IMG/VR virus record: IMGVR_UViG_3300005573_000052
Source of the DNA: a virus
Length of the DNA: 64,000 nt
Strand: one strand, 5' to 3'
Under the pieces are notes generated by a model. The model did not search any database. It was given only the letters and a program-made list of their open reading frames with translations, and had not been told where the DNA came from. Every line of letters begins with the position of its first letter. The stretch's first letter is position 1. The translations under genes were made by a program, and so were the position numbers. Below are positions 17,016 to 29,238 of this stretch, piece after piece.

Positions 17016-18823
17016 CTAGACCTCTTCGGTATAGATGGTATGCCGCCACTTTCTGTCACCCGCCGCGTTTGCGACAATGAATCGGAAGCCTCCGTCTTCC
17101 GTGTTTTTCGGGTCTTCAACTGGCCGGAGTGTTTCGTGGGTTACAGGGTCCTTCAGAAGGAAAGCCGCCATAAAGCGTGCATTCGTCAACTCGGAATCGG
17201 TCTCGTTGCTAATTATCTGCTCACTCCCCTCTTCCATCTCGTCCCCAGCGTCTCCCGCCAACACTAGGAATGGGAATTTTGGCCCGATGGGACCGGAATC
17301 ATCCGCGCCCTGCAAGCGACGCAGTTTGGCAGATTTGACGACAAGAATCGTCCCGTTTTCATTTGCGGCGAAGCTGGCGTGATCTATCGCCACCTCCGCG
17401 TCACCCTGCTTTTTTGCACGGAGGGCGGTCGTGATTTCGTGGAGTTGATTTACGGTCATAAATGGTTGGAAGGTTGAGTTGATCAGATAACTAATCGTGC
17501 ATAGCGTCAGCGGTGGCGTTCATCGGTTGCCCCAAAAATTATGGCAATAATTGCGGTAATCAGGATTTCGACGGCTTCGGCGATACTTGCACACAAGCCG
17601 TTACATAATAAATCCCATCCTGCCACAGCAATATCACGAACGATCCCAACAATTGCCAATGGAACCATAACCAAAAGCCACAGGAATGGACCTAACGTCC
17701 AACGGTAGCGGCGTGGCCAATAGATGAGGGGTTTCACGGAAAAATTGAGTTACCGGCTGATTCAATCAAATTGGCAGAATGCCGCGCACATCCACCAGTC
17801 GGTGAAACAGAGGCCATATCGTGCGCTGGACACCATCCCCAGCCATGGTGCTCTTTGTCCGGCACGCGGAAACTGCATGTCACACAGGTATATCCATGCG
17901 TCCAACCGCCGCTGACAAAGGTATCACAGTTAACACCCATCGTGTCACGCGATGGAATGAGGCAGAGTTCTTGAGGCACGACAGTCACGGTTAATTGCCG
18001 TTAGTGGTCTCACTCCGGCGTGCAATGGCCTTGTGGCATTTCGCGAGGAGCTTTTTGCGGGCGCGGTCCGTTTGTGCCTCAGGCATATAACCCATGACAT
18101 AGCAGCGGTTAATCGCGTCGTTGTCGCGGTCGAGCTGGTCTGCGTCTTCGGTTGAGACGAGACCGGCGAGTTGCTTGCTGATCGACGGGCAAAGCGCGCC
18201 GATTTCTAATGTGCGAGTGCTCATAAGATGTCGTTTGGTAGGGTGCTGTTTGGTGCTACTGGTTCCCGCGTCAGCCCCGACGCATCACCGAGCACCTCGC
18301 GCGCAATGCGGCGCATTTCGGTTAGGACCTCATTCATGTCTCGTGCGTCAAGGGCGCGGCACGAGGCGATGGTATTGGGCCGGAACTCCCGGGTGCCGTC
18401 ATCGTTAGTCTCGACCACTTCCAACAACCGGATAAACGTGGCCGCGTGCTTGGCCAGTTCAGTCAACCGTTCGTGCGCCTCCGCCAGCTCAGCCTCATAG
18501 GTCTTAACCGCCTCCTGTTCGGCCTCCTGCACCACCCGCTCATGCTCGTCAATGATGGTCTGGGCGACGTGATTGGGCTGGCTAAACCGTCCGTTGGAGA
18601 CGTGGGCGTAGACCAGTCCGACCTGCTCCAACATGGTGCGGTAGTCGTGGAGTTCGCGCTGGATGGCGTCGAGATTAGGCGAGCCGTCCCCGTGGGTGCA
18701 GATAGGAGCCCAAAACTGGGTCCATGATTGCTGATAGGACTCAGGAGTGGATTGGACGGAGGAGATAGGATCGGAGGACATAGGATAAAACGGGTCAGTC
18801 CACGTAAACCACTGCGTTGACAT
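17016..18823 (-). CDS. five hypothetical CDSs (17016..17459, 17507..17737 membrane, 17734..17988 Cys-rich, 17991..18224, 18221..18823)
   Basis: ORF track; GTGA/ATGA overlaps. Confidence 0.6.
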
Positions 18824-18977
18824 CTATGGCCCCCTTGAACGCCTGAATCTCGGTGCAGATGCGGGCGAGGGAACCGGGACAGGCGTAGAAAAAGGAAAAA
18901 AATGTCATAAGTGGTTGATGGTCAAGGATGGAGGTTTATGCAGCCACGGAATAAGTCGGGGCGGTGTATATGTAGAC

Positions 18978-19928
18978 ATGCCCCTCCCCATCTCGAAAGA
19001 AGTCGCCTCTGCTATCATCGCCGCTGCCCAAGCAAACCCGGAAACCGAAACGGTTCAGGGGCTCGCTCGTCGCTTTGGAGTAAGTAACCCTACCGTTGGA
19101 AATTATTTGAGAAAGGCCGGGGTTCACCTGACTCATAAAAGACGGTTTCGCCCCGTCTACTCGCTGAACGAGAATTTCTTTGCCGATATTGACTCTCCGG
19201 TCAAGGCCCAAATACTCGGATTCATCTGTGCAGACGGATGCTTGGCAGAAAGCGAAAAAAGAGTAGCAATATCCGTGGCCCAACAAGATGAAGCCTATTT
19301 GGAGGAAATGAATAAGGCAATGGAGCATACAAAACCAATCCATCGCTTTGTGATAGGGATGATGAAAGGGCCGCAGACTGGACGTATGTATCCCGCTCAG
19401 GTCCGGTGCTCTCTGATTTTGGGGCGGGCGAAAATTTACGGAGACCTTCTGAAGTTGGGACTGTGCCCACGAAAAACATGGGTGGACCTCAGTCTTCCCC
19501 CTATCAGAGCTGAGCTGATTCGATGGTTTATCTTGGGGCTGTTTGAGGGGGACGGATGTATCACCTGCTCCAAAAAAAAGACAGGAAGTAGCGTCACCTT
19601 GGAATGGAGCGTTGTTGCGTCTCCCACCATGCTGACCCAGATAGCCAAATATATCGAGCAACACTTGGCTATCCCTGCTCCTAATCTGGCTAAGAAACGA
19701 GGTATTCATGAGTTGCGATACTCTGCCGAAGAGTCTGTGGTGAGGCTCATGGAGTGGCTATATTCCGAACCGACAGGGTTAAGGATGGAGAGGAAATACA
19801 ACAAATGGATGGAAGCGAAAGCAACCAAGGACGCGTCTAGGCTTGGGTGGACAGAAAGGCAGCATCGAGCCTCGCACGCAAAAAAGCACCTGCCCCCAAT
19901 GCCCGTAACGCCCGTAACACCTTCGTAA
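18978..19928 (+). CDS. HTH + double-motif LAGLIDADG homing endonuclease
   Basis: AQILGFICADGC and FILGLFEGDGCI; AT-richer; the only plus-strand gene; probable ATG 18978. Confidence 0.8.
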   Translation: MPLPISKEVASAIIAAAQANPETETVQGLARRFGVSNPTVGNYLRKAGVHLTHKRRFRPVYSLNENFFADIDSPVKAQILGFICADGCLAESEKRVAISVAQQDEAYLEEMNKAMEHTKPIHRFVIGMMKGPQTGRMYPAQVRCSLILGRAKIYGDLLKLGLCPRKTWVDLSLPPIRAELIRWFILGLFEGDGCITCSKKKTGSSVTLEWSVVASPTMLTQIAKYIEQHLAIPAPNLAKKRGIHELRYSAEESVVRLMEWLYSEPTGLRMERKYNKWMEAKATKDASRLGWTERQHRASHAKKHLPPMPVTPVTPS

Positions 19929-19994
19929 ACTGAGCGAACGGCGGTTGGCCGGGCGAAGTGAGCGAGGGCTCACTGGTAAACTCGGGTTCGGTGC

Positions 19995-21065
19995 TCACTT
20001 GCCACCTCCATTGACCGGAGTCGCATCCCCGAAGGTTCCCGCATCCGTGTAAGACGTGGGCGTGTCATCGTCTGCCCGGCGCGAACGGCGGCGATTGTCC
20101 TCCGTCAGCTCCGCCGTGTCAGCGAAATAGTGGAGAGCGTTGCGCTGTTGACGAGACAATCGGCGAGAGTCCCCATGAACCAGCAACCGGTAGGTTGAGG
20201 TTGCCTGAACCATCCGCTTGATGTGTTTGATGTAAACGGGGCTTTGGGTGCGGCGCGCCCAGCTCTCGGGCGAGAGCGGAATGGGCGGGTGCGGGACCTT
20301 GGGGGTCGGCTTAGCCTTGGGCTTGGACGACTTGGTTGGCTTGACTGGGGAGGCAGAGGTAGACATGGATGGGAAAAGGGAAAGATAGATGGATTAGACG
20401 GGAAACACAATAGCTGATTTGGGCGCTGGAGGTCAAGCAAAATATGCGTTGCGAGGCTCAGCCATCACGCCCAATCCGCGCTCGTAGGGTGAACCATACT
20501 CAGCCGGGATGGCGGCGTAGTCGGTGGGGAGGTAATGTTCCATGAAGGACTGGGCGAGGTGCTGGGCTTCCAGTTCCAGCGCGCCCTCGTTGGCATTGGT
20601 CACGCCTATAACATCGCCATCCGTGTCGTAGGTCCAAACGCGCACCGCTTTGGCCTTGGCAAGCTGACAGTAGAAATAGGTCTCAAGGGCCTTGCGCGCG
20701 CGGGCGAGACTCATGCAGAAAAATGCGCAGTCCGGGTGATCAGACTTGTGCACCGTCACAGAATTGCGATCCGGCGTATTGAGACGCGCGGGCGGGGCGA
20801 AGGACGAGAACAGGTTGGAGGCTTGGGCAATGAACTGGGCCGAGCCGCGCAACGTGATGACATTGGAAGCCCCCCAACTGGCTTTGCCGTAACGCCCGAC
20901 CGGGTCGGTGAGGAGGCCGTAGTAGGCATCCGGGGCGTAGCAGGGAGGCGGAGGAGGTGTCGCAGGGACAGATTGAGCGGCGGCAGTTGAGGGTTGGGGG
21001 GTGGAGTCGGATGACGGAGTATTGGACATGGGAAAAGGAGAGTAGAAAAGTCGCTCAAGAAGCAT
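19995..21065 (-). CDS. two hypothetical CDSs (19995..20366, 20433..21065)
   Basis: ORF track. Confidence 0.6.
20407..20436 (-). promoter_or_regulatory. sigma70-like promoter
   Basis: TTGACC-18-TATTGT; TGA is the stop of 20433..21065. Confidence 0.65.
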
Positions 21066-21459
21066 TCGGCGCGAACTGGGCGAAGGAGCGGGGAAGAACC
21101 ACGTTGGCCGGGATGGGAAAGGCGTAGAATAACGGGGCGACCTCGGCAGGAATGAGGGCCGCCAATCCGCAGCCCACTTCAGTGGTCAGAAACACAAGGT
21201 CCGGGTGCTGTTCGGCGCACTTGAGATACCGGCCAATGTGGATGCTTATCTCGCCCAGAGCCAGAGTGCGAAGCCGCTCATCCTTGGTGGGAAGGGCGTA
21301 AGTCTGACCCATCAGTCCCTCACCATGCCCGTAAACAGCACCCCATTTGAGGGCGGTTCGCGCGGCACCTGCGCCATGTCGTCCGGCCCGGTTCGAGCCA
21401 AACGTAAAGATTTCGTTCGGGGCTAGTTGGGTGATGTGGTCGGGAGTGAAGTCGTGCAT
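21055..21459 (-). CDS. A1S_2505-family phage non-structural protein
   Basis: FTPDHITQL.PNEIF.FGSN..G.HG.GAA..A..WGA.YG.GEG..GQTYALPT. Confidence 0.8.
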   Translation of the reverse strand: MHDFTPDHITQLAPNEIFTFGSNRAGRHGAGAARTALKWGAVYGHGEGLMGQTYALPTKDERLRTLALGEISIHIGRYLKCAEQHPDLVFLTTEVGCGLAALIPAEVAPLFYAFPIPANVVLPRSFAQFAPNAS

Positions 21460-21468
21460 GAGGACAAC

Positions 21469-21498
21469 ACCCTAGCACAGCACCCATCCATCCGTCAA
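21469..21498 (-). promoter_or_regulatory. sigma70-like promoter
   Basis: TTGACG-18-TAGGGT-9-ATG. Confidence 0.7.
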
Positions 21499-21742
21499 GC
21501 GGAAAAGTGAGGGAATCGCTCAAAAACGAGCAATCGCCCCTAGAGCCGGAAACAGTCCAGCGCCAGCTTGAACGCCGCCAAATCGCCCGCCTCGCGGAAC
21601 TCAATCACGTAGTCCTCGTCATCACCGCCCGCGACTTGGACCATGGTGCCATAGAACTCAGCCGCGAACAGCTCCATTTGCTCGGGCTTGAGGGTCACGA
21701 TGCGGCGCGGGATGGTGAAGGTGACAGGGGCGGACATAGAAA

Positions 21743-22075
21743 TTAGGACTGAACTTGCAAAACGCGCTGGCAGACCAGCTTGACCAGCACTTCGCAATGA
21801 CAACGCTTAGGCGAGCAGAAACATCCAAGTCGCTGGCCCACCAACTCAGGCAGTGCGGCAAGTAGCTCAGGCTCCCGGTTAATCCACTCCTCATACCGGT
21901 CTATCACCTCGTCCCGGGTGCCGTCCTTGCCCACTACGAACGGGTTGCCCCATTTGCTGGGACGGCCACAGTAGAGATAAGTGCCTGCGGGCTCGCGGTT
22001 AACGTGGACGACCACAGGGACAGGAGAAGATTGATCCATTGGAGCCGCCTCAGTCACCAAACCCGCCGTCTTCAC
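21743..22075 (-). CDS. DUF4326 protein
   Basis: VVH......Y.GRPSKWGNPF....DG.RDEVI..YEEW...L.G..LGCFC.PK.CHCEVL. Confidence 0.85.
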   Translation of the reverse strand: MKTAGLVTEAAPMDQSSPVPVVVHVNREPAGTYLYCGRPSKWGNPFVVGKDGTRDEVIDRYEEWINREPELLAALPELVGQRLGCFCSPKRCHCEVLVKLVCQRVLQVQS

Positions 22076-24711
22076 CCTGCTCGACTCCGAGTAGGTCTCG
22101 GTGGGTCTTCAGCTCCCGGTCAATCCGCAGCTTGGTCTGCTTGAGCCGCGCCCGGCATTCGGCCTGTCGCCGGTCCAAGTCGCGGTTGACCTTGCGCTGC
22201 CTCATGCCCAGTATCCGCAGTTCCGCCTGTTCGGCGATGCACTGCCGGGTGAGCTGCCTGAGAGTGGAGATGACTATCTGGCGGGCGGAGGACATGGGAG
22301 GGTGGAAAGAGGGGTAGAGAGAACCAACGGGTAATACACCCGGCGCACTGACCCAAAATCAGCCCGCGAACGGCCCACCACTATCACGCCTGGTCTTGCC
22401 CTCGTGTTCAGCCCCGTCACCCTTGTCATCATCATCCCCATTGCGCTCCGAAGACGTAGCCGGAACAACCGGCCCGCTGGGGTAGCCCCGGACGAGCAGA
22501 AGAACAAAATTGAGGAGCTGGAGGACGATATTGGACCCCAGTGTCACGGTATTGTCAACGACCCGGGTGAGAGACCAGCATACTGACACGATGATCAGTC
22601 CGGTTGGGAAAGACATCAGGAATGAAATCCATGGGTAGGTGGCGATGAACTGGAGAACGGGATAGGAGGAGAAATCGGGCATAGAGGGGGGGTTGGGTGG
22701 ATTGGGTTGGACGAAATGGAGGACGGAGACTGCCTAACACCAGAGCATACCCCGGTTAGTGACGATCCAAACGAGATAACTGGTCTCCTTGGCCTCAAAC
22801 TCAGCCTCCAGTTCCTCCACCCGGTTATAAGCGGCGTCACGAGCCGAGTCTTCCCGGTTCAACCACTCGGTCCACTTGTCATAGGTGTCTCCCACCTTAG
22901 GGGTAAGGCCAAGAGGCGGATAAGCTTCCTCGATCTGCTTGAGGAACGCGGCGCGACCAGTGCGATACCACTCGTCAATCTCCCGCAGCATAGCGGTTTG
23001 CTCGGGGGTATGCTCGACCACGTTAAGTGCGTCCTCGCCATCAGCCGCGACATAGTGGTGGGCAATGAGGAGGAGGAGGTCCGGGATGAGTTCGGTCTTG
23101 TCGGTCCAAGTGCGCGGGACGGCGCGAGTCAGCCACCTCTGCCTCGGGAACACCCGGCTTGACACCTGCTCATACCACCAGTGCTTGACCCGGTAAATGC
23201 CAACATCGAGCCATGAGGGCACGAACCGATACCAGATGCGGGTCTCAAACCAGAAAGCGAAATCGAGCCACTTGGTTCGGAACGGCGACAATTCGCGCGG
23301 CGCGGGGGAGCGAATGGCTTTGACAGAGTTGATGAAGGAGGACATGGTAGGAAGGGAGGTGGAACGACGGGAGAGAATATAACCCAGTTAACCCCGCCAA
23401 GTCAAGCCCTAAAACAAGTTCGCGCGCTTGAGGCGTTCGGCGCGAATCAGGGCTTTGGACAACTCCTCGTTAGCCTCGTCCCGCTGCTTGACCAGTTCCG
23501 CTATCTCGGCGGTCGCGAACTCGACATCGCGGCGGAGAGACTCGTTCTCGGCGCGGAGGGCGGAGTAGGCGAGTTGTTGGTCGTCTATTCTGCCGATCAA
23601 GTTAAAACTGACAATGGCGAAAACACCGAGGAGAAGGGCGAAGATGAAAACGAGCACGCGCGTGGCCTTGAGTTCGGTCATGACTCGCCCTCCGGTTCCT
23701 TGGGTAAATCCGCCACCGGAACATATCCCCGGCTCACGCAAAAAGGGTCCGTGCGCGCGAACTCCCGGTTCAGGGTCATAAGATAGCCGGTCCGGGAGCC
23801 GCCACTGACATGCAGCTCGCCCCGTTGACCGGTGAACTCGCAGGTGCGGGCGGAGAGAATCTCGGCGTGATGGACGATGCCGTAGATGTAATAGGAGTAT
23901 TCGGAGATGACCTGATGAGCCTCGACGTTCGTTTTGGCTAGCTTCAACAGGGCCGGGTCGAAAACGAGCTTGTAGTAGAAACGGAGGATGCCAAGCTTTT
24001 GCTTCACCGTCGTCGCAACGACTTGGGGAGGGTTTACCCGAATATAGGGACAATCTCCGGTCCCCGCGTTTATCCCGGTTAGATAGAGATTGGCAAGCGA
24101 CTCGCACAATCCGTCAATCAGGTTATACCAACCGTCATTGCACTGAAACCCCCAGCACATCGCGGTTTCGCGCATGAAGGCATGGCGGTCGGTAAAAATG
24201 CCGGGATATTTGGCACAGAGCTTGGCGTCGAGTTCGGGGGACATGATTAAGAGGTGTCCTTGGGCGGTTCGGTGGCTGACTCAGCCGTGGGACAGCCGAG
24301 TGCCTCCATGGCGCGGATGGTGGGGGCGGCAAGGGTTTGACGCCGTTTCATGAGAAAATCGAAGATAGCGTCCTTATCGGCCTTGGTTACAGATAGACAG
24401 TTGGGACCGACCTTTATACACCAACTGGAGTCGTCCATCGTGATGTCTAAGGTTGAGTTTTGGAACAATATCCATTTGAAGCCAGACTCAAAGTCAAGTT
24501 TCCACTGCTCCGGGTTCAGTTCAATGCTCTTGAGCACGCCTTTGATGAAGCAGCTCGGTTCCTGAGGCGGCGGTGGGGTCGGGGGTTGGGCCGGGGGTAG
24601 AACCGAATCAGCCTCGGGCGGTTTGGTCTGAGGCGTAGCGTCGGAGGGGAGGTTGACCGAGTCAGTCCCGGAGAACAAGTTATGCCAGAGGGTCTTGAAG
24701 GAGAAGGACAT
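22050..24711 (-). CDS. hypothetical CDSs 22050..22295, 22359..22682 (membrane), 22734..23345, 23409..23681 (TM + coiled coil), 23678..24244, 24247..24711
   Basis: ORF track; 23678..24244 has the common phage motifs GF.C.DGW and VKQKLG.LRFY. Confidence 0.6.
23376..23405 (-). promoter_or_regulatory. sigma70-like promoter
   Basis: TTGACT-18-TATATT. Confidence 0.7.
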
Positions 24712-24718
24712 GGGTGGG

Positions 24719-25201
24719 TTAGGAGTGGGTCAGCACGTAGCGCGCAAGCTCATACTTGGTCTGCATGGCCTTACGGCGACCGGCGGAGGGGATGTTGGAC
24801 AAATCGGCGAGGTTCGACGCCATATCGCACAACTTGACATCCAGCGCGAGTCGGTTGCCCGAACGGCGGAGGCGGAGCAGGTAATCGAGATAACTGGTCC
24901 CGTCAAACTTGGTCAACAGCTCCAGCTCGGGGATGATGGACTCGAAGCCCGCATCCGAGAGCTGGGCAAAGGTAACGTCTTGATCCTCCGCGACATCGTG
25001 AAGCGCGGCAAGAGCGCGACCTCGGTAAAGGTCCTCGAACGAGTAGGTGGGACTGTCCGCGTAATAGCCCTCAAACCGGCTCATCACGTCGAGCGGATGA
25101 GTGATATAAGGAGTTTCGCCATTCGCGCGGGACTGGTTGCGATGGGCTTCGGTAGCGTATGCGACGGCTTTGTCAACAAGGGTCTGTCCAGTGAGAATCA
25201 T
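24719..25201 (-). CDS. HD-domain small alarmone hydrolase (SpoT/Mesh1-like)
   Basis: A..YA..AH..Q.R..GE.PYI.HP..V, ALLHD-like ALHDVAED, LTK, VKLCD..SNL. Confidence 0.8.
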   Translation of the reverse strand: MILTGQTLVDKAVAYATEAHRNQSRANGETPYITHPLDVMSRFEGYYADSPTYSFEDLYRGRALAALHDVAEDQDVTFAQLSDAGFESIIPELELLTKFDGTSYLDYLLRLRRSGNRLALDVKLCDMASNLADLSNIPSAGRRKAMQTKYELARYVLTHS

Positions 25202-25215
25202 GAGTAGTATGTCGT

Positions 25216-28200
25216 CTAGCTTAGCCCGTTTACCCGGGCCTTGTCAAGCGCGGAATCGCCCAATATCTCATACTCGATATGGGCCGGGATGATGTGCTGG
25301 GTCGCCACCCATGCGCCGGAGAACGAAAAAACACCGGCCTCCAGCGCGCTGGTAGTATAGCCGTTGCCACCCGGACGCCAATACGCGCCACCATGTTCGC
25401 TGGTCCAAATGCGGCACTGGCGGGGCGGATTGCTCTCCAGCAGCGATGCCAGCAGCCCGCCGTTCGCGCCCGCTTTAAGCAACTCGGCCTGAGTTACCAC
25501 CTCGTGCCGCCGCACCATGGCGCGGAGAACCGTGGCGGCAGGGACGTAGCCCTCAGCCTCCAGCCATTTGGCCACCTGAGCCGTGTGATTGTCGGCCTCG
25601 GTCACAGGGGCATAGCGGGGCGGGCGGCTGAGGACGAGGGGAGGGGGAATGCTCATGGGGTATTGTCGCCCTTGCCAACCCAGCGATGGAGGGGGTAGGA
25701 GGTCAACCCGACCAAGAATCCCCAACCAATTACTACAAGGTCGTTCGTTGCGAACATTGCGACAAACATGCTACCCGCTATAACGGATAGAGCGACAAGA
25801 CCAGCACGAAGATCGGTAGCGAGTTTCATGAGCGGATTGGAGGCAGGCAGCTCAAATCGTTTCCTCGCTCACCACGACGACCTCGACCGCCTCGCGCGTC
25901 TTGATGGCGACCTTGCCCACCTCGGCCTTCTTGAAGGCCCCGGCCTTGAGTTGCCCCATGGCTTGAACAAAGGTGCGGATGGTGCGATCACCCCGCTTGC
26001 GCTTGAGCGAATCGTTGAAGACCCGGACTGCCGCTTTCACCCGGTCGAGGATGGGGGTGGAGTCGGCGGGGGAGGGGTTCTCCTCGTCGGGCTCGGGTGC
26101 GGCGACGACGAAGGCACCCCCGGCAGTGAGAGTGCGGAGTTGGGAGGCGGCTTCTTCGCCGTCCGTGCGGACTAGGACTGTGAACCGGGTCTTGGCTTTC
26201 TTGGCGGGCTTGTCGGCGGCACGGGCGTCTTTCAGCTCCTGTTCGACTGCGAGCAGGGCCTTCACGATTTTGGTAAGGCTTTCGCCAGTTATGGAATGCT
26301 GGCGCAGCACCTCGGAAACGTCTTCGACGGGAATGGGCATGGATGGGATGGGTTAGGTATTGGGTTGGGTCTAGGCGAGAAAGACAGTTTACCCCACTTG
26401 GTCGCCCGAAGTCAAGGAAGAAGGAGCAATGGAGTGCTCAGGGGGTAGGATAGAGGGGAGGGATTCAACCGCCACGGATGATACCGGCCTGACAGCCAGC
26501 TTCGCCCGAAACCGCGCGACCAATTCGTCGTGCTTGGCGGGGGAGACCGGGAGATACCACTCCTGATTGCTCCAGTTACCCGTGTCTCCATCTGGAACAA
26601 ACCAACCGATGACAGTGTGGTCAGCTTCGGTGTCACGCTCGATGGAAAAGACCTCGCGGCCTTCGATATCGAACTCGCCGTCCGAGTAGGGCTTGGGGGA
26701 GGCTGCGGGGGAGGCTTTACGCCGCCAGAAAAGCAGGGTGGATAGGAAGCTCATGACTGAACGGCCTCCGATGCAAGTACCTCCGGGAACGGCGTGTTGC
26801 CCTGAGTCTTACCCCAGAAGGCGCGCGCAATGGCCTCGTCCCCATTGGCCAAAGCCAGAAACTCGGCGCGTTTGACTTGAAGCACCCGGCGGTTGTAGTC
26901 GTCCTGCCGGACCTTGCTCAAATCGTCACGGCACTCCTCCGCGACCTTGTCGAAGGCCTCGGTGTCCTGTTGGTAGGCCTCCAGCTTAGACCAGTAGCCG
27001 AACGACTTGTTGAGCCCAATCCAGCGGATGGCCACGCCCAGTTTATTGGGATCGCCCATTTTCCAGTAGGCCTCGGCGTCGTAGCCCTCCTTGCAGACGT
27101 TGAACGCGCCTTTGAGCGCGGCCTCAGCCTCCTCTCGGGTGCGAAACGCGATACCGGTGGGTTCCGGGTTACCATAGTTGCTCGTAGCTGCGAGCAGCTC
27201 GTAAAACTGGGTCATGCCAGAGTCAAGACTGAACCCCTGAGCATCAGCCTGACGCAACGCGTTGTCAAGGGTGATGGGTGGTTCAACGCCGCGCTCGATG
27301 GCTTCGAGTTTGACGGCGGTGGCGAGCTGCTCACTGGTCAGAGCGAGTTTCTCGGCGGAGGACAGGGCAAAATAGCGGGTCGTAGGAGACATGGTATGGA
27401 ATTGGGTTAAGATTGGGGATTAGAGGAAACCGGGGAAGATTCGGGGGTGTCCGATGAAACAACCGCGCCCTTGGCCTGTCGCCCGCGCTGGAACATCTCC
27501 TCCTCACGGAGCATCTGCTCAATGGCACTCACGTTGTCGAGAAACGCCTCGCGGGCGCGGCCTCCCGGCAACTTGGCGAAACGCCGCTTGATGGCGCGAT
27601 ATTGGTGGCGCTCATGGGCGTCCATGGTCTTGGGAATGCGCTTGAAGCCGAGGATACGGCGGAGAAATTTGGTTTGGTGGCCATTCATAGTAGAGCTGTG
27701 TGAGTGTGCAACCGTGAGGTTATGGGGTTGTGCGATAGTGTGGGTGAACAGAACGGGACCAGAATCAGCGGCGGCGCGCCCCGCCAAACGCCCCGGCACA
27801 AGCACCCCGGTTCTTGCGAGTGGTGAACCGACCGCGCCGCCGGGCAGCCTGCAACTGGGCGAGCTGCTCGGAGAACAGGCGGACGGAGTCAGGAACGGCA
27901 ACGGTCTCGGTCCCGGCCACCACGCCATCAGGGATGGTGTTGGTGTCCGGGGCGGTGGGGAGGATGGAAGTAGGAACGAGGTCGGGTGACATGGGAAGCA
28001 ATAGGTGAAAGAAAAATGAAGAACTCAGGCGCGGTCGCGGAACTTGGCCCAAAGGCGAAACCCGCTGCCGATTCGGGTGCGATTCGGGACCGCAAACCAC
28101 TCAGGATAGGAAATTTTGCCTTCGCGTCGAAGCTTGTCTGCGCGAAAATAGAAGAAGAGGTCAAACCAAATGAAAAACAGGAGGAATAGTGGCCCAGCGA

Positions 28201-28228
28201 AGAGCAGGATGAGAGGGATGTTCGTCAT
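25216..28228 (-). CDS. hypothetical CDS run: 25216..25656, 25653..25829 (58-aa membrane peptide), 25852..26340, 26389..26754, 26751..27392, small ORFs to 28228
   Basis: ORF track plus manual translation; ATGA overlaps. Confidence 0.55.
25218..25247 (-). promoter_or_regulatory. sigma70-like promoter
   Basis: TTCCGCGC-TTGACA-18-TAAGCT. Confidence 0.65.
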
Positions 28229-28235
28229 GGGAAGC

Positions 28236-28265
28236 AATATAGCGCAGTTGGGTAGGGGAAGTCAA
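28236..28265 (-). promoter_or_regulatory. sigma70-like promoter, probably leaderless
   Basis: TTGACT-18-TATATT-7-ATG. Confidence 0.7.
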
Positions 28266-28274
28266 GGAGGAAAA

Positions 28275-29195
28275 TCAGTCGCGGAAGAAAGAGATAACCG
28301 CATTGTAGCCCAGCACGGTATCCCACTGCGCAATAAACGTGGTCCATTCGCCGGGGCCATAGGCGGGAGACTCCCCGCGCCGCGCCCGCAAGTCATTATC
28401 CGCCTCCATCATGCGCATCTCGGCCTGCATCATGGCGGTTTGGGCGTTGATGAACGCGGCTTTCTGGTCAGGGGTCATAGGAAAAATCGGTTAACCAGTC
28501 CAACCGGACGGTAACAGTGAACGACTTGGCCTTAGGCTTGGCCCGTAGCTGCTTAGCTAGCTCAGCGATTCTGCGATTCTGCTCTTCCCAACCGGACTGG
28601 GACAAAAGATCACAGGCTACCGCCTTGGCCTCCCAGTCAAGTAACTCGTCCTCGGACATATCCTCCCATGGCACATCGCTGCGGCGACCGTCATAAGGAC
28701 CGGAACGATAGGGGCAACAAATGAGAGCCTCTTCCCGCATGCGCGGACTCTTGACGTAGTGAAGGACCTCATCGGTGCCCTTGTGGTGATCGACATAGGG
28801 CTCAATCTTGAACCTCCAACCGAGAGACTTGTAGCGTTTGATGGGAGCAGTGGTCATAGAGGGGTGTCTTCGCCCGCGTCCGGGCACAAAAACGTGAGTG
28901 CATAGGTGCTATTGGCCGTCTCAAACACGATAGTCTCCACGTTGTCGGCTCCATGGGTGAGAATAGCCTCAACCGGGCTGGTGGAAAAGATGCCGGGAAC
29001 GAGAACCCCATTACGCACCGTCCTGAAAAAGGTGAACGGGGCTCCTACCCGTGGTCCGTCCGTGGGGTTGAAGAGAAAGCCCTCGGTGGTATACCCGGTG
29101 AAGATGGGGTGGATGCCGGTCTTGGGGTCCCGGTAAGTGCCCTTGTCGCCGGTTTTGACGAGGCGGATGGGGCGGGCGGAATGGGAGGGGATCAT
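28275..29195 (-). CDS. three hypothetical CDSs (28275..28478, 28468..28887, 28854..29195)
   Basis: ORF track. Confidence 0.55.
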
Positions 29196-29205
29196 GCTGG
29201 TAGCT

Positions 29206-29235
29206 AAGCTACCGCATTTGCCCCGTCCACGTCAA
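29206..29235 (-). promoter_or_regulatory. sigma70-like promoter
   Basis: TTGACG-18-TAGCTT. Confidence 0.65.
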
Positions 29236-29238
29236 GCC

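Noticed and set aside
23409-23681. Spanin or holin call
   Set aside because: TM plus coiled coil fits, but there is no nested lipoprotein or adjacent endolysin.
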